A stretch of 64,000 nucleotides of DNA from Ignavibacteriota bacterium (GTDB taxonomy: Bacteria; Bacteroidota; Ignavibacteria; Palsa-1295), in contig CAWBEI010000002.1 in assembly GCA_963787835.1 (NCBI GenBank), forward strand, positions 448,001-512,000, read 5' to 3'. The notes below the pieces were generated by a model. It was not told where the DNA came from. It saw nothing but the letters and a program-made list of their open reading frames with translations, and ran no database searches. The position numbers and the translations under genes are program-made. This document shows, one piece after another, positions 58,367 through 64,000 of this stretch (positions are counted from its first letter, which is position 1; every line of letters begins with the position of its first letter).

Positions 58367-61300
58367 CTACCGGTCAATAATAAAAGGAGTGGCAACCCGC
58401 CATCCAAGCGAGCTCACCTCAAGCATATACCGGCCAGAACTCAAAGCGTCCATCGGTATATTAATGGTATAAGTGCCACGGGTAAAGCTCTGAGCCAGAA
58501 TGTTTGTGATCAATTTCCCCGTCATATCATAGAGTCCGGCTTCAACGAACCCGTCGTTGCCAAGTTGAAGACCGAAACTGGCGGACTCCGAAGCCGGATC
58601 TGGCGTGACTGGTCCTATCGCGTAGTTGCCACCAGGCACGAATTGCCCATTCAATCCAGTGCAATCCGTCACCACAACGCTTCCACGGGTTACCTCAATA
58701 TTTACTGAAGTATCGGTCGTAAGTTTGAGCCCGATCGCAGAGGATGCTCGCGGGCCGAGCAGCGTCAGCCACGAAATGGCTTCTATAAAACCTGGGTTGC
58801 TGAAATCGATCGTTTCAGAAAAAGCAACGGAATCCTGCAAAACGGAATGCGCAGGGCTTGTAAACCCACTGATAAAAGCAACAACGGATGGATCGTAGGT
58901 AACAGCGACACTTGCCGGATATTGGCCTTTCAGCGATGATGAATCAAGACGGATCGTTGTGACAACAGTATCGCCTGCACGCGCCGCCGCATTAGAAATA
59001 GTGAAATGTGCCCAGAGACTTCCCTCTTTGAACCCTGTTCCACGAAGTGCCAATTTGAATGGCTGACCGATATTCGGATAGAGCGTCGCTGTATCGATCT
59101 CTGTGCCGGAGTCCGATGGACAAAAACGAAACTTCACTTCTGCCGATCCGAAAGATGGAACCAGAATCGGCATTGAAGAAGCAGGTTGAAACGCTGAACT
59201 CTTCCAGGCAATGGAGTCGATCGATACAGAGGGCCCACACGGGTTCCCGATGAGCGAGGAATCTTCGCCGCAATCCGGCACGAGAACGGAATCGAAGTCA
59301 ATACTTTCTGCGGCCAGACCGCTATCAATTCCTTTTCCGGATAGAATAATATCAATAGTAGAATCGCAGCCGGCATCACCCAAGATAAGTTGGACAGTGT
59401 CCAACATTTCGACGGTATCCGACGGCTCCGATGGGGTAAACGAAAATCGTAATGAGGAAATCTGGCCAGGAAGCATCCGGCTCACAGTATCCAGGATGGC
59501 GAACCGTCCTCCTGAATTGAGATTAGAAATCGAAACGGCAAGCGTGTCAAGCCCGAGATTGACCAAGCTATCGCCGGCCATCACACTATCGCTGATGCAG
59601 ACAAAATGAAATGGAACGACCGAATCGAAATGAACCTGTGCGCCCACCACTCGATACGAAAGGATCGTAGAAAGAATAGTATCGGAAAGCTGATAGAGGA
59701 TCGTATCGGTAAATCGCCCAGTGGAATCGGGAACCCATGAAATTTGCACAGGATAACGCTCGTTCGGCTGGAGTATCACATCGATGCTATCGTGTTGGGG
59801 AGGCTCTTTACGTTGCAATGTTTGGAGCGTGATGGTGTCATTCCCTAAGTTTGAGATAGTATCGGTAAAGGTGATGGTGTGTCCTAAGCAATTCGGCCCA
59901 AGATCATGTGCTCCAAGCGACGATGCAAGACGACTCACTCCTACACCTGCTAATTCGATCGAATCCTGACGGTCATCGAGCGCTTGCGTTTGTCGAACAT
60001 CGCCCGAATCCGTTGGGCAAAATGTAAGGATCAGCATTCTTTTCTGCGAAGGTGCAATTGCGGTATCAGGCGGATCGAGCCTCATAGAAAAAGGTGGAGT
60101 GTTCCACGAACTACGATCAAGGTAAAGCGTATCCGCTCCGGCGGAAAGAAGAGACACGGTGTCACTCTTGCACTGCCCGATCGGTACATTCCCAAAGTTG
60201 ACATTCGATGGGGAGATCACGAGGGAATCCTGCCTTACAAGTCCTGTTCCAAAGAGGGTCATAACTTTGGTTGAATCGGTTGGATCGTTAGAAAGGAATG
60301 TGATAGCGGCCACATCAGAAGCTGCAGAATCCGGGCAGAATTCTACCTGAAGTGTATCCGACTGGGATGGAGGGATCCGAAGCGCGGTATCGGGAACCAG
60401 TGAAAACCCGGAAGGGCCGGAGATGGAACCTTTGCCAATCGAGAGCGGTGCTTCCCCTTCATTCCGGATGACCAGCGCAAGTGTTTTGCAGCGGCCAACG
60501 CGCACGGTTCCAAAATCCAGTGTATCCTGAACAACAAGGAATGGCGATGCCGAATGGGAAATGATCGCCATGCTGACATCAGACACCAGCCAGCCCGGTT
60601 CATAGGTGAAGTGCATTGGATCGGATGATGGCTGGTTTACTTCAACAAACGCGACCACATAGAGCAAGGAGTCATGTAAAAGTGGTAACCATTTTGCCCA
60701 ATTCCCGGCCGGAGCTCGAACGGTGTCAACCCACTCCCAATCCGTGTGTTGCGTTCTATAGAATATCCTAATGGTATCGAGCGTATTTGTGAGATCCTGA
60801 GCGGTTCCCGTTACAAGCACAGAACCGTTCGAATTCACAATGGTCGGCGTGGGCACGACAGCGATGCCCTCAGTCCAGACCGGCGATAGTTGTTGAGCCG
60901 GAGTCATGTTCGAAGCACCATCTATACGTACGCGCCCAAGCCCACCAAGCCCACCAGCAAACCCAGATGAATCTATGCCCGGTTGACCTGCATTTCCACC
61001 ATCGACATTAATACTTGTAGAAGAACCACGAATGCCTTTTGGACTTGCCAGATAGATCGCACCACCTGATCCGCCGCCGCCGCCCGCAGCAATTTCTATG
61101 CCCGAAGTGCCTGAATCTCCTCGCGCGCTGAACGTTGAAGAAATTGCGACTATCGAATCGAAAGAAACCAGTTCGATCGCACCACCACCACCACCGCCCG
61201 AACCACCTAACGTACCATCGCCAAGATCGACCGAATTTCCCGCACCGCCGCCGGAACCTCCCGCAAGCGGCACGAGAAATCTTCCACCATTTACTTGACC

Positions 61301-62386
61301 GCCATTCGCCCCGTTCCCAAATTGCTGATCAAAACCACCAATGCCCGCAGTACCAAATCCCCCACCTCCGCCGCCGTATTCAATGAACGGATTAACATCC
61401 TCTCCTCCGCCGGAACCGCCACCAAAACCGCCAGATGACGATGGCGATGAACCCAAACTTGCCACACCGCTCATTCCATAGGGCGCACCGGTACCACCAC
61501 CACCACCCTGATCATCCGGATTACTTTGCCCTCCCACGACACCGGTCGCAGCGCCTCCTCCGGATGCGCCAAGCGTATCGAACCCCTCAGAAGCGGAACC
61601 GGAATTCCCAAGTGAATCGCTCGGGCAACTTCCTCCGCCAGTGAAACCTATTCCGCCGGCACCGCCCCAACCATGTCCACCCCCACCGCCACCGGGGCCC
61701 CCGTTGATACCTTCGGCATCGACGGAGACCGTCGAATTCGAAAGGCGAACCGGTCCTTTGGAAAGAAGCACAACCGGAAGGAGTCTTGGGTTGCTCGGGA
61801 ACGTATCAGGGTTAATTGTTGAAAAAAAGATATGTGCGTTCGTAACGATGAGCGAATCAACCAATAAGGTATTGCTTCCCGAGAGCTGGCCAAATCCATC
61901 ACCGATGGTGGTATCCTGTGTGATGGGGCCTAAGTGTTGCAGCGAATCAATATAAAAATTTACCGTGTCGGACTGCCCCAATAGCGGGCTAAATACAAAA
62001 AATGGCACTGACCCAAACGAGGCGCCGGGTACAATAAAGAGGGGGATCTGAAGCACCCTCCCATTCCAGGTAACGATGGTTGGTCCGACGATCACACGAT
62101 CGGTGTCCGCAGCATTTAATAGAACAAAGCGTACCGAGGAATCGAGTGCATCATATCCAAACGGACGGAAGTCGCTCCCGCGCGCAAGAAGTTCCACAAC
62201 TACATTCATTCCCGGCGCGGCACGGTCCGGACGAATCGTTACTATATGACCAACCTGAGCCTGTGCGGGAAACGCGAAAGACAGCGCGAGAATCAATAAC
62301 AACAAATAACCACTAACGAATGATGGATGAAGGAATTTTTCCCCCCATTCACCATTCGCCATTCGTAATTCGTAATTCCTTTTCAT
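58367..62386 (-). CDS. T9SS-secreted protein with a Gly-rich region, ASH/choice-of-anchor-D Ig-like repeats and a cohesin-like domain
   Basis: Signal peptide AQA-Q; many GGGGG runs; repeats LDFGTV..C..N.G...L...FCP; CTD VTPDPA...SSGRYML. Confidence 0.85.
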   Translation of the reverse strand: MKRNYELRMANGEWGEKFLHPSFVSGYLLLLILALSFAFPAQAQVGHIVTIRPDRAAPGMNVVVELLARGSDFRPFGYDALDSSVRFVLLNAADTDRVIVGPTIVTWNGRVLQIPLFIVPGASFGSVPFFVFSPLLGQSDTVNFYIDSLQHLGPITQDTTIGDGFGQLSGSNTLLVDSLIVTNAHIFFSTINPDTFPSNPRLLPVVLLSKGPVRLSNSTVSVDAEGINGGPGGGGGGHGWGGAGGIGFTGGGSCPSDSLGNSGSASEGFDTLGASGGGAATGVVGGQSNPDDQGGGGGTGAPYGMSGVASLGSSPSSSGGFGGGSGGGEDVNPFIEYGGGGGGFGTAGIGGFDQQFGNGANGGQVNGGRFLVPLAGGSGGGAGNSVDLGDGTLGGSGGGGGGAIELVSFDSIVAISSTFSARGDSGTSGIEIAAGGGGGSGGAIYLASPKGIRGSSTSINVDGGNAGQPGIDSSGFAGGLGGLGRVRIDGASNMTPAQQLSPVWTEGIAVVPTPTIVNSNGSVLVTGTAQDLTNTLDTIRIFYRTQHTDWEWVDTVRAPAGNWAKWLPLLHDSLLYVVAFVEVNQPSSDPMHFTYEPGWLVSDVSMAIISHSASPFLVVQDTLDFGTVRVGRCKTLALVIRNEGEAPLSIGKGSISGPSGFSLVPDTALRIPPSQSDTLQVEFCPDSAASDVAAITFLSNDPTDSTKVMTLFGTGLVRQDSLVISPSNVNFGNVPIGQCKSDTVSLLSAGADTLYLDRSSWNTPPFSMRLDPPDTAIAPSQKRMLILTFCPTDSGDVRQTQALDDRQDSIELAGVGVSRLASSLGAHDLGPNCLGHTITFTDTISNLGNDTITLQTLQRKEPPQHDSIDVILQPNERYPVQISWVPDSTGRFTDTILYQLSDTILSTILSYRVVGAQVHFDSVVPFHFVCISDSVMAGDSLVNLGLDTLAVSISNLNSGGRFAILDTVSRMLPGQISSLRFSFTPSEPSDTVEMLDTVQLILGDAGCDSTIDIILSGKGIDSGLAAESIDFDSVLVPDCGEDSSLIGNPCGPSVSIDSIAWKSSAFQPASSMPILVPSFGSAEVKFRFCPSDSGTEIDTATLYPNIGQPFKLALRGTGFKEGSLWAHFTISNAAARAGDTVVTTIRLDSSSLKGQYPASVAVTYDPSVVAFISGFTSPAHSVLQDSVAFSETIDFSNPGFIEAISWLTLLGPRASSAIGLKLTTDTSVNIEVTRGSVVVTDCTGLNGQFVPGGNYAIGPVTPDPASESASFGLQLGNDGFVEAGLYDMTGKLITNILAQSFTRGTYTINIPMDALSSGRYMLEVSSLGWRVATPFIIDR
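62346..62378. repeat. Heptamer array inside the 5' end of the 58367-62386 ORF
   Basis: CATTCAC CATTCGC CATTCGT AATTCGT AATTC. Confidence 0.8.
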
Positions 62387-64000
62387 TGGCCTCGCTCGAT
62401 GGTTATGTTAACGGTTCGAGAGAAGAAACGTCCCTCAGGAAGGTTGTTGTCGTACGGAAGATCTCGAGAACCACGCCCCTGACTATGAATCTCGATGGCT
62501 GTGGGTTCGACCCCTTCCGTACGAAGCATACCTTCGAGGCGAGATCGCACATTATCCGCCCGCGTCTCACTTAGTTCGTCGTTATGTGCGGGATCTCCCA
62601 TTTCATCCGTGTATCCTTGAATGAGGACACGCTTTACAGGCACTTTGGGTGTCATATCCGCTGCACTTCGAATCGAACGCTCGTTTCCAATGCCAAGCTG
62701 GGATTCGTCGAAGCCAAATAGAATAAGGCTAAAACGTTCGATTCGTTCCGGCCGGTCGCTCGCAACGCGGATGATACTCAGCGGGATGCTTGAATGCGCA
62801 TGAGCATGATCGCCAAGCGAGTCTGACACATCATAATCAATGTCGAGTGAATCTCGAAGCTTGTTCAACGTCTCTTCCGTCGGTGCCCATTCTTTTTCCT
62901 CGGCACGGTTCATGGAATCATTTCCAAAACTTTGAAGCACGATGCCCTGTGCACTGATCGTGGCGCTGGAACGGTCAATTGGTGATTGGGTCGTTACGGT
63001 GGGAAGCAGCTTGATTCGGTCCGGAGTAGCCAGATGCTCGATGTTCGTCACTGTAACGGGCGCCGTGATACGAAACGCCGTCGAATCGCTTCCATCCACG
63101 CGGAATTCTACCCGGCGATCCTCTTCCCGCCCATGTTCTGTTCCCGAAGGACTCGGCTTCGCTGGTAATAGCATCGCTTCAACTTTCAACCGCGAGGGAT
63201 CTATCTTCCAAATTTTGACAAGATAATTCTTTACCGTCTCCGCCCGTTTTCTTGCGAGCGCGAGTAATGCCGCATCGGAGCGATCTGCAATGCTATCGCG
63301 GTCGTCGGTATTATCCGTACTGCCGATGAGCGTGATACGAGTCTTCGGGAATTTTCGCATCCGGTCACCAAGAATATTCAATGTTTCCCGGTAAAGATCC
63401 ATCAGCTTAACGTCATGCCGTTCCGAGGAACCCTGAAATTCCCGCGCTGCCTCTTCCGGCGTGGCATACGTTACATATCGCGAGGGGAAATTTACAGACC
63501 CGGCATCGAAGAAAATATAATTAAGGATCGGGTCGGCGTTACGGGTACGGATCTCCTCGACCGTCATTTGCACCACCGGCGAGGTATCGCCACTCGATGA
63601 GATAGCAATTGCCCGAATCGAAGCACGTAGCTTTGGAACTTCCTCTGCTTGCGCTTTAGACAGTAGTGGCACGACGACCGGAACTTCACTTTTTACAAAA
63701 ACGGGTACCCGCTCCATCCTTGGCGTGAGATCGAACAGTAATGCGAACGTTGCATTTAATTCTATCTCTCGCCAATAACTTGCATCCCGCCCAATCGGAA
63801 CAGCGATGTTCCGCCACCGGCTTGACCACCGAATGGCATTGTTACTCCAAAGCCCGGCTCGGCCCACAGCTTCTTCGAAAGCGGCGCATCATAGTTCATG
63901 CCAAGTGAGAGTGCGGGAACCAGTGCAAATTTTTTCGGAAAATTTCCGGAACCGGTGGTCGTATCCCGTGTTCCGTCGTTGAGTTCATTCCCAGGCTCAA
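62383..64000 (-). CDS. OmpA-family protein (beta-barrel plus two OmpA-like domains), 5' partial, apparent frameshift near 63787
   Basis: YIFFD..IGSTD..LARKRAETVKNYL..RRVEF and LFGFD..QGYTD..LSETRA..SRTVNI; the upstream frame LSLGMNYDAPL..WAEPGFGVTMPF joins if one G is added to GGCGGGATG. Confidence 0.85.

Overview
Mostly core chromosome of a Bacteroidota-related bacterium, probably Kapabacteria/Ignavibacteria-like. This placement is inferred from several T9SS C-terminal sorting domains, TAnnTTTG-type promoters and signal peptides cleaved before Gln. Core genes include pyrK-pyrD, purE, a thiolase, an M16 peptidase pair, pruA, smc, speA, tRNA-Gln, der, an MBOAT/SGNH pair, glutamate dehydrogenase and hrcA-grpE-dnaJ. 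Five accessory features stand out. (1) An AT-richer two-gene island has an SPPY amino-methyltransferase convergent with a MORC/GHKL ATPase fused to a PD-(D/E)xK-like nuclease, a candidate defence system. (2) A ~5.96-kb tandem duplication encodes two ~1,880-aa T9SS proteins with a near-identical C-terminal stalk and a divergent, very Tyr-rich N-terminal head. (3) An ECF sigma factor sits with a probable dual-membrane-spanning anti-sigma and two paralogous lipoproteins. (4) Heptamer arrays occur as inverted pairs around a gene, around the tRNA and before smc. (5) Two toxin-antitoxin loci have lost the toxin but kept the antitoxin. Four single-base indels in short G/C runs may be assembly errors. 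No CRISPR array, rRNA, transposase, integrase or reverse transcriptase was seen. All calls are by eye from motifs; no searches were run.
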